Both the position numbers and the translations under genes were made by a program. A DNA stretch of 64,000 bases from Phycisphaerae bacterium (lineage in GTDB: Bacteria; Planctomycetota; Phycisphaerae; SM23-33). Location: NCBI GenBank assembly GCA_003551645.1, contig PUND01000112.1, positions 10,713 through 74,712 on the forward strand, written 5' to 3'. Shown in pieces: positions 32,440 through 42,565 of this stretch. The notes under the pieces are model-generated. The model made no database searches and was not told the DNA's origin. It saw nothing but the letters and a program-made list of their open reading frames with translations. Within the stretch, counting starts at the first letter, position 1. Every line of letters begins with the position of its first letter.

Positions 32440-33682
32440 GGAGTTCGTTGGTAAGTGTCCGGCGCATGGACTCGATCCTCTCGAGGTCGCCCTGCGCCCA
32501 CTGGGACTCCATTACCAGCTCCTGAGGGTACGGCTCGGTCAGCTGAATGATATCCCGCAGGTCCTCCCGGACGGTGTCTAGGTGGCGGATCATTCGCCTA
32601 ACGAGGGCGTTGTATTCCCGTGAGGTCATCTCCTCCTCCCCCAGTGTATCGAGAGTCTCGTCGAACCTCCGGGCGCCCGCCTCCACCTCCTTGCGCAACT
32701 GGGCTATTCGTTGCCTGGCCATCTCAACGCGATAGCTCCTGGCTATTTCGGGGACCATTGCGTCGGCCCGGTCGAACGCGCGGGTGGCCTGGAACCATCG
32801 GGCCCTGGCGGCCTCCGGGTCCGACTCGGCAAGCTTGCGGGCCTCGTCCATCTCGTCACGTCCACGGTGGATTTCCTTTATTGCGCGGTCGCGGAGTGCC
32901 GCGGACAGGACCCGCGGTTCGGTCAGGGAGGCCGGTCCGGGCGCCATCTCGGAGCCGGCGTTGTCCAAGAGACTCGACTGAGGGGGGTAAGACTCGGTCA
33001 GCACGTACATGCCGTCGGGGTTGGTTTCCAGCAATTTCTGTATTGCTGCGTACTTGGCCTCGCAGGGCGGCTGGGTCTTTTCCGCCAGCCGTCGAAAGGC
33101 GTCCGCGGCGCCGGCGAATTGTCCGCTCCTGAGCAGGGCGTGAGCGCTCAGATACAACAGTTCCTGCTCGTGTTCGGGGTCCGTGACCACCGACTCCAGT
33201 TTGGGCAGCAGGTCTTCCAGCAGTTCGTGGTGACGGCCGGCCTCGAGTTTGCCCCGTGCAAGCTGAAGCGTCTGTTCGGCGTTTCGCCATCGGCCATCGG
33301 CATGGACGTAGCCCAGGGCGGACCTGGCGCCGGCGTGGTCGTCGTCGAGTTCGATAACCTGCCTGAAAAGCCCCCGCGCCCGCCGGGCAAGGTCATTCTG
33401 TTCGGCCCAGAGGGCGATCTCGAAAAGTTCGTCCGGGTCTTCGCGATCCACTTCGGAGAGCCGGCCGGCGAGCATCAACTCCGGGGTGTCGGCGAATTCG
33501 ATATTGGCCACCTGGTCCCGCGAGAACTCCAGCGTTCCATAGCCCATCTCGATCAGGACGGTGTCTTCCTGGACGGTGACTATGCCAGTGAAGCTGCGGC
33601 CGTCGAGCAGGACCAGACGGTCCGCCCAGACCGACGCGGCCAGTGTTAACAACAACAGCATTGCCGCCAGCCGTCTTATCAT
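32426..33682 (-). CDS. secreted hypothetical protein with TPR-like helical repeats
   Basis: Signal peptide 'MIRRLAAMLLLLTLAASVWA'. 418 aa. The stop overlaps the start of the previous gene. Confidence 0.5.
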   Translation of the reverse strand: MIRRLAAMLLLLTLAASVWADRLVLLDGRSFTGIVTVQEDTVLIEMGYGTLEFSRDQVANIEFADTPELMLAGRLSEVDREDPDELFEIALWAEQNDLARRARGLFRQVIELDDDHAGARSALGYVHADGRWRNAEQTLQLARGKLEAGRHHELLEDLLPKLESVVTDPEHEQELLYLSAHALLRSGQFAGAADAFRRLAEKTQPPCEAKYAAIQKLLETNPDGMYVLTESYPPQSSLLDNAGSEMAPGPASLTEPRVLSAALRDRAIKEIHRGRDEMDEARKLAESDPEAARARWFQATRAFDRADAMVPEIARSYRVEMARQRIAQLRKEVEAGARRFDETLDTLGEEEMTSREYNALVRRMIRHLDTVREDLRDIIQLTEPYPQELVMESQWAQGDLERIESMRRTLTNELHGKN

Positions 33683-34004
33683 GGCGTCAGATGCCCTTGC
33701 TCGAGTCCGGGGTTGTGCCTGATGCGATGCGCACAGTCACCTCACCCGCTGATCCTCACTACAATGAGTATATACCATTAGACCCGCTACCGCTACCCAT
33801 TGGTTGTATGAGTTTGGAGATTTTGCGATGGAATGTGCCTTGTCACCTCACGGAAATCGGGTAAAATAATGATTGCTTCGGAGGTGATCGGGTCGCGGAG
33901 ACCCGATCGCCCCGGCAGGGACGCTGGGGTGGCGCTCGAAAACAGGCGGAGGCCGGCCAGTCGCGACGGAGGAGCCGGCCGCCATAAATCCAGGGCCTGC
34001 TCAA

Positions 34005-34613
34005 GTGTCCCGACCAGTCAAAACGCTCCTTTTGCTGTTTACGTTAGTCCTTCTTTCCGCGTTTGTTATCCAGCGAGGCCCTTCGGACGACGACTCTGTG
34101 TCCGCCTCGGCACGGACCGAAGGCCCGGGCAGGTCGCTTCCGGCCCTTGCGGCGCTGGAGAACAGGCCGGGGCACGCAACAGCGGCGCCGCGGGTCTCAT
34201 ACGCACCGGCATCACCGCCTCGGCCGGTGGTTGTGGACCGTCCGGCGCGGGCGGATCGGCCTGGGCGGCGGGACCGACCCACACCACAAAGCGCCCCGGC
34301 CACCAGGACCATTCGCATGGAGGTGACCGCCTACTGCCCCTGCCCGAAGTGCTGTGGGGAGTACAGCGACGGCATCACCGCCAGCGGAGAGGACATCCAC
34401 GCAAACGGAAGCCGCTTCGTGGCCGCCGACACCAGCATCCTGCCTTTCGGGACGATGGTGTCCATCCCGGGTTACAATAACGGTGAACCGGTTCCGGTGC
34501 TCGATCGCGGCGGGGCGATCAAGGGCAATCGGCTCGACGTGTTCTATCTATGCCACGACGAGGCCCTCCAGTGGGGCAGACAGCATCTGGAAGTGACCGT
34601 GTATCTGGACTGA
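34005..34613 (+). CDS. 3D (Asp-Asp-Asp) domain protein, MltA/YabE/RlpA-like cell-wall associated
   Basis: Signal/TM anchor and a Pro/Arg-rich linker. C-terminal 'VTAYCPCPKCCGEYSDGITASG...SIPGYN...VLDRGGAI' matches the 3D domain. Confidence 0.7.
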   Translation: MSRPVKTLLLLFTLVLLSAFVIQRGPSDDDSVSASARTEGPGRSLPALAALENRPGHATAAPRVSYAPASPPRPVVVDRPARADRPGRRDRPTPQSAPATRTIRMEVTAYCPCPKCCGEYSDGITASGEDIHANGSRFVAADTSILPFGTMVSIPGYNNGEPVPVLDRGGAIKGNRLDVFYLCHDEALQWGRQHLEVTVYLD

Positions 34614-35166
34614 TGCGGCTTGCCGGAGGGACTGCCAGGGGTGTCCATGCTTCCGGCTCTCCGCCGCAGTACCTTTCGCTCATGCTTCTGCAGGGGCGGG
34701 GGTCGGGTAGCAATGTGTCCACGATGCATTGTAGGGTGTTTGCCCTACTGCTTTCCCTGGAGCAACTTATCCGCCCGCGCTGCGCCGGCAGAGGGACCGG
34801 CAGGGCCGCGAAGTTTTTTCGGTCGAATCGCCGAAAAACTCACACTGTTCAACAAGCAGTCTAAGCTCCAGTCAATCATGCACATGTGTCCGGCTCCGGC
34901 GCCGTTTCAGATGCACGGGCCGCCAAACGCCCGCATTGGGCCTTGAAACGGGTTGTGGCCCTCCTTAGAATCCATAATGAAAGGCGCGAGCGTTCTCCGG
35001 CGATAGAGTCGGCAAGTCTGTGTCCGCACCTGCTTCAAATGAGTTTCGAGGATTTACGAATCAAATACTCAGCGCCGCCGGTTCGGCGCGTTCGGAAGAG
35101 AGCCACCTGTCAGTTGTGCAGGTAGGGGCCTCCGAAAAGGACGTCGGTAAAGGACGACGGGGAGGT

Positions 35167-35370
35167 ATGGAAATGAAGCTGTGCATACGGATCACGTTCG
35201 ACGGCGATGGCAACTACACGGCGATGTGCCCATCTCTGCCCGGATGCTGTTGTCGAGGGCGCACTCGCGAAGAGGCCAAGCAGCGGCTGGATGAGGCCAT
35301 CCGCGGATATCTCGCCGCGGTGAGCGACTTCGTCCCGGAAAACCTCATGCACGATGTCGTCGAGGTCTGA
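35167..35370 (+). CDS. HicB-family (UPF0150) antitoxin-like small protein, apparently orphan
   Basis: 68 aa. 'NYTAMCPSLPGCCCRGRTREEAKQRLDEAIRGYL' matches the HicB/UPF0150 fold signature. GGAGG lies directly before the ATG at 35167. No HicA-like ORF was found on either side. Confidence 0.55.
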   Translation: MEMKLCIRITFDGDGNYTAMCPSLPGCCCRGRTREEAKQRLDEAIRGYLAAVSDFVPENLMHDVVEV

Positions 35371-35594
35371 AACGAGCCGCCTGATGCCACTTCGCCGCCA
35401 AACAGCGAAGACCGAACCATCCGCGAGTTGACGCTCTTCGGTCCGGCTGCCCTCGTAGCCCCGCCTGGCAGCCCATCGCCTATTTGAATCAATGGTCAAT
35501 CCGCGCGCCGCCTGTCAGCGGGCCGGATCGTCCGGCGGTCGAACCTGCCGCACCCGGCGCCTGTGCAGTAGACTGGACGCGGCATGCTGGGCGC

Positions 35595-37718
35595 TCAGGA
35601 CCATTTGAGCACGGCCGATGCGCCCGCCGGAAGAGAAAGCCGGCACCGGCGCCGCTCAACTGCCAGCCGCTGTCCGCTGATAAGCTCATCCGCCTGGTGT
35701 GCTCTGCCGAACGGTCGGCCGTGGACCGATATTCGGCGGTCGTCGCCGCCATTGATTATCCAAAGCAGTCGGCTCCTGCCGGCCCGACCCCATCGATAGG
35801 TGAGCAGCTCATTGCCGTCACCGGCATCCACGTCGAAGTCGCGCCGCACGCCGGCATCCTCGCAGATGGCCTCTATAAGCGCCTCCAGGGCCTCGTTCCG
35901 TTCGCGACGGTAGCCGCGGCCCGGGAAGGACCCGACCACATACGCGACGCCCTCGCCGACACCCTTGCGCACCAGCAGCGGCTGGTCGTGCTCGTTGACT
36001 GAAAGCACCTCCGCCGACCGCGGCGCCTTCAGCGGCGTTATGAACCCGGAGATCGGCAGATCGAATTCGCGCCGGCCCAGACTTATCGGGATTCGCCCGT
36101 CGGCGGGCAATTCCCTTCGCCCGAGGTCACTGACGCCCAGCGATCGCATGAACGTTCGCTCGTCCGGGTAGCGGTACCAGCCCTGCTCGTCGTAGGCGTC
36201 GGCCTCGGCCTCGACCAGCACCCGACCGCCGCCGCGTATGAACCGGACGATCCGCTTCCTGGCCCGCTCCGGCAGTACCAGGGGCCAGGGCATCAGCAGC
36301 ACACTCAGTCGCTCCAGATCATCGGCGTGGTGTGCTTCGACGAAGTCATAAGGTATCCGCAGCCGCTCCAGGGCCGTCGCATAGCCGTTGACCGCATCGA
36401 CGGCCTCCTCGGCCTTGCCGCGCTCGGCCCAGTTGAGCATGTAGCCGCCCGGCACGAACAGCACGCCCACCCGAGCCGGTTCGGGCGAATACGAGTCGAT
36501 GAGTTCGCGGTGTTGGTCGATGAAGCCGGCCGTCTTTCGCATGGCGTCCAGCCGCTGCTCTGCGAGTCCGTCCCAACCGTTGAGGCCGAACCCGCTCGAC
36601 TCCCGGCCGAATACCTCATCCCGCCAGCACCAGAAGATTACGCCCTTTGCCCCGCGTGCCATCGCCTGTGCTATCCAGCGCTGCTGGCTGGCCGGGTCAA
36701 CGCTGGGCTGGGCCTCAAGCCCGCTGCGGGCCGAGCCGCCCTGCAACTCGCTGACCCAGGTTTCCTTGCCCCGGTTGGCCGAACGGCTCGACTCGACTCG
36801 CACGCCGAAGCCCGCCTCGTCTATCCCCTTGCCCCAGAGGGGGAAGTGCGAGCACCCGAACCCGTCCAGCTCGTCGGCGAGATCCCAGTCCACGCCTCGG
36901 CAAAGCGTCTGCTCCCAGCCGTAGCCGGTGTTCTGTATGGCGGGTTGTCCGCAGTGGGCGCTGATGAAGTGCTCCGAATTGGCGCTGCTGATCGCCTCGT
37001 AGCGGAACCGCGTATGGGCGGCCGCGCGGTCGGCGAGAAACCGCAGAAACTCGATGACATCCACGAACGTGCCGTGGAACATGCGGTTGGGGTAAACGTC
37101 GTCCCAGCTTGTGTATCGCCTTCGCCAGGCGCGGTTAAGCCCGTCGAGTCCGCCGTGGCGCATATCCAGCCAGCGGCGGAACTCCGCCAGAGTGCTCGGG
37201 CAGTAGCAGACGTGCCCCGATGCGTGGACACACCAGCGGGTCTCGTTCCAGCAGTCCCAGGCGAGCAGATTGGAGGCGCCGGCGTAGTGCGAGGCGATGT
37301 CGGTAAGGAACCGGCGCATCATCTCCGCCACCCGCGGGTGATCGAAGCATCCTCCGGGGGTAAGGCCGACGTTGCACTCGCCGCGCGTCATGGACTCTAC
37401 GGCCCGGCCGGTGTGGTCAACCAGGCGGCCGTCCGGCACCAGCCGGTGAATCCAGAACGGGTGAATCTCGGCGATGGTGCTCAGAATAACGCCGAGGCCC
37501 TTCTGGTCGGCCAGCGAGACAAGCTCGTCGTAATCATCGTAGCGGAACAGGCCCGGCTCGGACTCTATCCAGCCCCAGATAGCCCAGAGCTGTACCGCGT
37601 CCAGCCCGGCGTCGCGCATACGCGAAATGTCATCCGCCCAGAAACGCTTCTCGGGAAAAGGCGGGCGGTAGTATTGCGTGGCCAGAAACATGTCGGTCCT
37701 CATTTGTGAGTGTGGCAT
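35595..37718 (-). CDS. glycoside hydrolase family 42 beta-galactosidase
   Basis: N-terminal 'FLATQYYRPPFPEKRFWADDISRMRDAGLDAVQLW...W' and 'WNETR' are typical of GH42. Alternative ATGs at 37703 and 37691 leave the start uncertain. Confidence 0.75.
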   Translation of the reverse strand: MPHSQMRTDMFLATQYYRPPFPEKRFWADDISRMRDAGLDAVQLWAIWGWIESEPGLFRYDDYDELVSLADQKGLGVILSTIAEIHPFWIHRLVPDGRLVDHTGRAVESMTRGECNVGLTPGGCFDHPRVAEMMRRFLTDIASHYAGASNLLAWDCWNETRWCVHASGHVCYCPSTLAEFRRWLDMRHGGLDGLNRAWRRRYTSWDDVYPNRMFHGTFVDVIEFLRFLADRAAAHTRFRYEAISSANSEHFISAHCGQPAIQNTGYGWEQTLCRGVDWDLADELDGFGCSHFPLWGKGIDEAGFGVRVESSRSANRGKETWVSELQGGSARSGLEAQPSVDPASQQRWIAQAMARGAKGVIFWCWRDEVFGRESSGFGLNGWDGLAEQRLDAMRKTAGFIDQHRELIDSYSPEPARVGVLFVPGGYMLNWAERGKAEEAVDAVNGYATALERLRIPYDFVEAHHADDLERLSVLLMPWPLVLPERARKRIVRFIRGGGRVLVEAEADAYDEQGWYRYPDERTFMRSLGVSDLGRRELPADGRIPISLGRREFDLPISGFITPLKAPRSAEVLSVNEHDQPLLVRKGVGEGVAYVVGSFPGRGYRRERNEALEALIEAICEDAGVRRDFDVDAGDGNELLTYRWGRAGRSRLLWIINGGDDRRISVHGRPFGRAHQADELISGQRLAVERRRCRLSLPAGASAVLKWS

Positions 37719-37894
37719 TTACCGGACGGCGGCCCGTCCGCCGTTGCGTTGTGACGGCGGTTATTCCACCATCATCGCATCATGTCAAGCGCCGCGACCG
37801 GCTGGACGTCGGGTCGCTGGTTTGACAGCCCGGTCGCCGCGCGACAGAATCCGCTGGCCGCGACAGGCGGGTGGTTGATTCAAGAGAGGACTGA

Positions 37895-38314
37895 GTGATG
37901 GTGTATCAGAGTCGTATCGAGCTGCGGACATCGGGGCAGCGGGATATCCACGACATTACCGATCAGGTTCAGGCCGCGGTAAGCGAATCCGGCGTCCGGA
38001 CAGGAACGGTCAACGTCTTCAACGTCGGCAGCACCGGCTGCATCGGGACCATCGAAATGGAGCCGGGCCTTCGAGAAGACCTGCCCGACCTGCTGGACAA
38101 GATCGCCCCGCCGAGCCGCCAGTGGGGCCATGAGCGGACCTGGCACGATGGAAACGCCCATTCGCATCTCCAGGCGACGCTGATGGGGCCGTCGCTGACC
38201 GTTCCCGTCGCCGACGGCCGGCTCGTGCTGGGGACCTGGCAACAGGTCTTCCATCTCGAATGTGACATAAAGCCCCGCCACAGGACGGTCATCATAACGG
38301 TAAACGGCGACTGA
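37895..38314 (+). CDS. yjbQ: YjbQ/UPF0047 family protein (secondary thiamine-phosphate synthase enzyme)
   Basis: 'DITDQV...SGVRTGTVNVFNVGSTGCIGTIEMEPGL..DL...H' matches YjbQ across the full 139 aa. Confidence 0.8.
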   Translation: MMVYQSRIELRTSGQRDIHDITDQVQAAVSESGVRTGTVNVFNVGSTGCIGTIEMEPGLREDLPDLLDKIAPPSRQWGHERTWHDGNAHSHLQATLMGPSLTVPVADGRLVLGTWQQVFHLECDIKPRHRTVIITVNGD

Positions 38315-38496
38315 TGCTTTCAGAAGGGCAACGCCGTGGTCCGGCTGATGCTCGTACCCGCTATTGCCGGCCGCGCAGGCGATGAAAATGCCGGTGCCGG
38401 TGAGCGAGAGCAAGCTCATCGGAGAAAAAGCCGCGGTTGATCGAATGGTTGCCTTCGGCCGCCAATTAGGCAGTCCGCGGCAGACGGCTCATGAGT

Positions 38497-39939
38497 TCAA
38501 CTGCTCATGCGAATGTGAAGTATGCGCCGGGTGGCGGGCGTGACCTTCACGCGATCGTCAATACGCAGAGGCGCCAGATAGACGATGCCCAGCTCATCTC
38601 GGACGGTGACCACCTTTTCGCGCTGGTCGGAGGGGAGCTTCGCATTGGTCAAAAAATCGCTGACGGTCTGCCGACCCGGCGCTCCCAACGGGAGGAAGGC
38701 GTCGCCTTCCCGCCTCGGACCGGCCCGCAGCCGGCCCCGGACGGTGTCGGCGTCGAGCATTTCCTCCCCGGCTGCCGGTGCGCGACGATGCGCCTCGAAC
38801 GCGCCGCCGTCCAGCGGACCGACCTCGCATATGATCCGTCGGCCATCGGCAAGTTGAGTCTCACCGGGGCAGTTCAGTATCACTTCCGCCGCCTCCGCCG
38901 GTTGCGGCTCGCCGGCGCCCCGTATTGTAAGCACCAGATCGTCCCCATCGCGGCGGACGACGGCGCCTCCCGGCAGGGAGACGGCGCCGGAGGATTCATC
39001 CTCGGCCAGGTGGGCCAGCTCCGCCAGCCGGTCCGCGCCGACCGACCTCATCGGCGCCCCCAGCCGCTCAAGGGCCGAGCGCAGGGCGGCCGTCCTGACG
39101 GCGATGTGCTCTGCGGCCAGATCCTCCGCGGACAATACGGTCCTGTCCGGTGCGGTTCCGCGGACGGCCCGGTCGAGCAGTTCACAGGCCCGCTGGTCCA
39201 AGTAATCCTCGACCTGGGCCGCGGCCTCGGACAGCCGAAGAATCGCTTCATCGGCCCGCCGGTTCAATCGCTCGTGCAACAGCGGCAGCAACTCGTGGCG
39301 GATGAAGTTTCGAGCGAAGCCGGTATCGACGTTTGTCTCATCGTCTCGCGTGTCCAGCCCGGCGCGGGCGATGAACCGTTCGATTAGCTCGCGCCGTGCC
39401 CACAGCAGGGGGCGGATGAGTCGGATGTCCGATCCGCCCAGAGGCCTGGTCGCCGGGATGCCGGCAAGACCGCGCAGATGCGTGCCGCGGACGACCCGGT
39501 GCAGGACGGTCTCGACGTTGTCGTCGGCGTGGTGCCCGACGGCCACAAGGGCCGCCCCGACGTTTTCCGCGGCTCGGCGGAGAAAATCGTATCGCAGCAT
39601 CCGGGCGGCCTGTTCGATGCCCTGGCCCTGGCTGCCGGCCAGTTCCGCGGCGTCGGCCCGCTCCATAAGGCAGGGCAGGTCCCAGCGACGCGCGAGTTCG
39701 GCGACGAACTCGGCGTCCTCGTCCGCCGCCCGGCGCAGACCATGGTGCAGATGCGCAACCGTGAGCCGGTACGCCCGGCGCCGGTCACCGGCAAGCTCTC
39801 GCAGCGCCGCCAGCAGCGCGACGCTGTCCGGTCCACCGGATACGCCGACCACCACGGCCGCGTACGGCGCGATGAGCCGCCTGGCGTCCAGTAAAGCCGC
39901 TACGGATGCGACGAATGTGTTTTCGAGGGAATCGTTCAT
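38497..39939 (-). CDS. tilS: tRNA(Ile)-lysidine synthetase
   Basis: PP-loop 'VGVSGGPDSVALL' and 'LRPLL'. The C-terminal substrate-binding domain ends '...LRIDDRVKVTP'. Confidence 0.85.
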   Translation of the reverse strand: MNDSLENTFVASVAALLDARRLIAPYAAVVVGVSGGPDSVALLAALRELAGDRRRAYRLTVAHLHHGLRRAADEDAEFVAELARRWDLPCLMERADAAELAGSQGQGIEQAARMLRYDFLRRAAENVGAALVAVGHHADDNVETVLHRVVRGTHLRGLAGIPATRPLGGSDIRLIRPLLWARRELIERFIARAGLDTRDDETNVDTGFARNFIRHELLPLLHERLNRRADEAILRLSEAAAQVEDYLDQRACELLDRAVRGTAPDRTVLSAEDLAAEHIAVRTAALRSALERLGAPMRSVGADRLAELAHLAEDESSGAVSLPGGAVVRRDGDDLVLTIRGAGEPQPAEAAEVILNCPGETQLADGRRIICEVGPLDGGAFEAHRRAPAAGEEMLDADTVRGRLRAGPRREGDAFLPLGAPGRQTVSDFLTNAKLPSDQREKVVTVRDELGIVYLAPLRIDDRVKVTPATRRILHIRMSS

Positions 39940-40149
39940 CTGTTGAAGCTACGTCCGGTGATTCGTCATGCCGTCTGGAGCCGGCTGGACGCCCCGGCCG
40001 TGGCCGCTGGACCGGCCACTCGCGCACACTTCCAGCTCAGCCGCTTCGGGCACCCGCCGCCTGAGCCAAGGCAAACGGCGCCCGCCGGTTTGCCCTCGGT
40101 CGTTACGAGGTTATACTATCACGCTGCTTAGGGAAGGGAAACGTACCCC

Positions 40150-41829
40150 ATGAGGCCGAGGCCGCGCCGCCGACATTACCTGGCATTGCTCATATTCGCG
40201 GCGGTTGCGCTGTTCGGCGTGTATTTCGCGATGCTGGACGACCGGCTCAGCGACGAGCAGGTCCACATCGCCACCGCCTCGGCCAGGCGCCACGATCCGG
40301 AACTGTACCCGACCGATCCCGTTTTCGGTCCGAGCGGGCTGTGGAAGCTACACACCCCAGCTCTGCAGGGCATCCTGGAGCTGTCGCTTATCCCCACCGG
40401 CTACGAGGACCTGACGCTGCCGTTCCGCCTGCTGACCGGCGTTACGGTGATGATCTACCTGTGCGGCATGTACGCGCTGCTTTACAGGCAGTGCAGGAGC
40501 TGGTCGGTGGCGGCTTTCGTGGCCGTGTTGAGCTGCACGATTGTGGACGCCCTCGGCGGGTCTTTCTGGGGGGTGGGGCCTTTGTCGTCTATCACGCCGG
40601 CCGGCATGGTGCAGGCGCTTGTTCCGCTGGTCATGCTGGCCTATCTGCGCTATCGCGACCAGTGGCGGGCGCTGCTGGTATTCGCCTTTATCGGGCTTTG
40701 CGGCAACATTGACCTGATAACCGCCATCAACCTGACGCTGGTTCTGATGGTGGCGCACCTGGCCGACGGCGGGTTTCGCCCCAGGCGCTGGCTTTCGGCG
40801 GCCGGGTGCGGACTGGCTGCCCTGGTGGCCGCGGCGCCATACGCCGGCTATTACCTGTCGCTTCAGCGCGCCATGACCCCCGCCGACGCCGAACCGGCGA
40901 CGGCCGAGGCCGTCCAACGCGCCCTGGAGCTTGCGCGGCCGGATGTGCTCTATCCCCAACTGCTGCTTCCGCTGCTTTACTGGCTGCTGATGGCCGCGGT
41001 GCTGGCAGCGCCGACATTGATAGTGCTGTTCCGCGCCGAGCGCTATCACACCCGCGACGGGCGGTTCTGGGTGTGGTTCATCGGCGTGGCGCTGGCGGTG
41101 GCGTTGGTGCTGCATGGCCTCAGCCAGATCGTCGGCTCGGTACGTGGCCGGGTGCCGCCTGTAATAGACTTTGTGCAGGCCTCGGCGCTGGTGATGTTGC
41201 CGCTTTACCTGCTGTTCGCCCAGGGGGTGACGAACCTTTTCCGTCTGTTCTCGACGCAGCGATGGCTGGTCCGCTGGGCGTGCGTGGCTCTGATAGTGCT
41301 CTGGATGGGGCCGGCGGAGAATCTGCGGGTCCCGCGGCGGGCGCTGGCGGATGTGGCGACATCCATGCTCGATGAGGAAGACAAACCGCGATATGTGCGA
41401 CGCCATCAGGAGCAGCGACAGAGGCAGAAGGAGCTTGAGGCCATCGCGGGATGGGCGCGGCATAACACGCCCGAATCCTCCGTATTCGTTACCGATCTGA
41501 TTCAGTTCCGCATGAGGAGCCGTCGGGCGATAACGGCCAGCCGCGGAGACCTGGGGCATGTATTCTATCTGACGCCGCATAAACTCAGTGAGTGGACAGA
41601 GAGGGTGGTGGACCAGCAGCGGGTGGTGCATGGTCCGCCGGCGGGGCAGGCCGACCCCGAAGCCGTCAAATCCTATGCCGGACGGCTGGCGGAGGTTGAA
41701 CTGTTCGAAGAGGCCGAGCAGTGGCACGTCATCCTGGACGCGAACGTATCGCCCGAGGAGCCGGAACCTCTGGAGCCGGTGGTATCCGAGCAATGGGGTC
41801 GCAGCTATCGGCTGTATCGGCTTCCATAA
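40150..41829 (+). CDS. polytopic membrane protein, unknown function
   Basis: 559 aa with ~12 hydrophobic helices in the first 400 aa and a soluble C-terminus. No assignable motif. Confidence 0.5.
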   Translation: MRPRPRRRHYLALLIFAAVALFGVYFAMLDDRLSDEQVHIATASARRHDPELYPTDPVFGPSGLWKLHTPALQGILELSLIPTGYEDLTLPFRLLTGVTVMIYLCGMYALLYRQCRSWSVAAFVAVLSCTIVDALGGSFWGVGPLSSITPAGMVQALVPLVMLAYLRYRDQWRALLVFAFIGLCGNIDLITAINLTLVLMVAHLADGGFRPRRWLSAAGCGLAALVAAAPYAGYYLSLQRAMTPADAEPATAEAVQRALELARPDVLYPQLLLPLLYWLLMAAVLAAPTLIVLFRAERYHTRDGRFWVWFIGVALAVALVLHGLSQIVGSVRGRVPPVIDFVQASALVMLPLYLLFAQGVTNLFRLFSTQRWLVRWACVALIVLWMGPAENLRVPRRALADVATSMLDEEDKPRYVRRHQEQRQRQKELEAIAGWARHNTPESSVFVTDLIQFRMRSRRAITASRGDLGHVFYLTPHKLSEWTERVVDQQRVVHGPPAGQADPEAVKSYAGRLAEVELFEEAEQWHVILDANVSPEEPEPLEPVVSEQWGRSYRLYRLP

Positions 41830-41857
41830 CGCCGCCAAAGTCTATCGGAAAGCAACC

Positions 41858-42400
41858 TTGAAAAAATCAGCGATTACAATACTGGCCCTGTCGGCGGTAA
41901 TGTCGTTTGCAATGGGCTGCGGGCGGTTGATTAACGAGGGCGTTGGTGTGGTTGTCGGGCCGCGAGGGGTGTACTCGCCGCTGGAGCCGCTTCCCGATGC
42001 CGCGGATGCTCGGCCGCTGGCGGACTACCAGCGGTTCGAGCTTGGGCATTTCCGGCAGGACGCCGCCGGCGGAACGCCCCCGGCGCTGTTCGCGCTGCTT
42101 CCAGGCGAGTTTGCCAGGCAGGTGCGTCAACATGACCTGCCCGATGTGCGGGGCGGTAAGACCGCGATAGTCAGCGGGCACATACTGCATTACGAGGAGG
42201 CGAATATCTTCGGGCACGCGTTCGGGCCTGTCGAACAGGTCGTCGCCCGAGTGGAGCTGACGGACGCCGAGACCGGCCAACTGCTGGCCGCGGCGCTGTG
42301 CATCGGACGAAACGAAGAGACGCTTACCTCCAGCGTCAGAGACAGGACCGCCGGTCTTGCCAAGGCCATAGCCAGCTGGATAGCCGCCAACTTTCACTGA
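41858..42400 (+). CDS. lipoprotein, unknown function
   Basis: 'LKKSAITILALSAVMSFAMGCG' has a lipobox. Start taken at TTG 41858; an in-frame ATG (MSFAM) lies a little downstream. The longest ORF (41588) overlaps the previous gene. Confidence 0.45.
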   Translation: MKKSAITILALSAVMSFAMGCGRLINEGVGVVVGPRGVYSPLEPLPDAADARPLADYQRFELGHFRQDAAGGTPPALFALLPGEFARQVRQHDLPDVRGGKTAIVSGHILHYEEANIFGHAFGPVEQVVARVELTDAETGQLLAAALCIGRNEETLTSSVRDRTAGLAKAIASWIAANFH

Positions 42401-42565
42401 CCGGAGCCAGTCCGCCGCGCCTATCAAAAGCGCCCCGCGAAAAGCTCCACGGGGCGCTGTGTATTTCACGGCTGTCCGGGAATCCGCAAGGCCCGCTTCG
42501 CCGCTCGCACACATGCAATGCCCGGCTCGGTAGTCAGGCCCTTATCCCGGCTGCTCAATGGCGGC

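Noticed and set aside
34886-35125. 79-aa ORF immediately upstream of hicB as a possible HicA toxin
   Set aside because: The sequence (MSGSGAVSDARAAKRPHWALKRVV...) shows no HicA-like KxxGWxx...GSHxxFxHP pattern and ends 40 nt before the hicB RBS. It is more likely non-coding.
36327-37709. 460-aa plus-strand ORF
   Set aside because: It is antisense to the GH42 beta-galactosidase, has no motifs and is Ala/Arg/Gly-rich, so it is spurious.
37719-37894. TPP riboswitch upstream of yjbQ
   Set aside because: The CUGAGA / ACCUGAUCUGGAUAAUGCCAGCG blocks are not recognisable in the leader.
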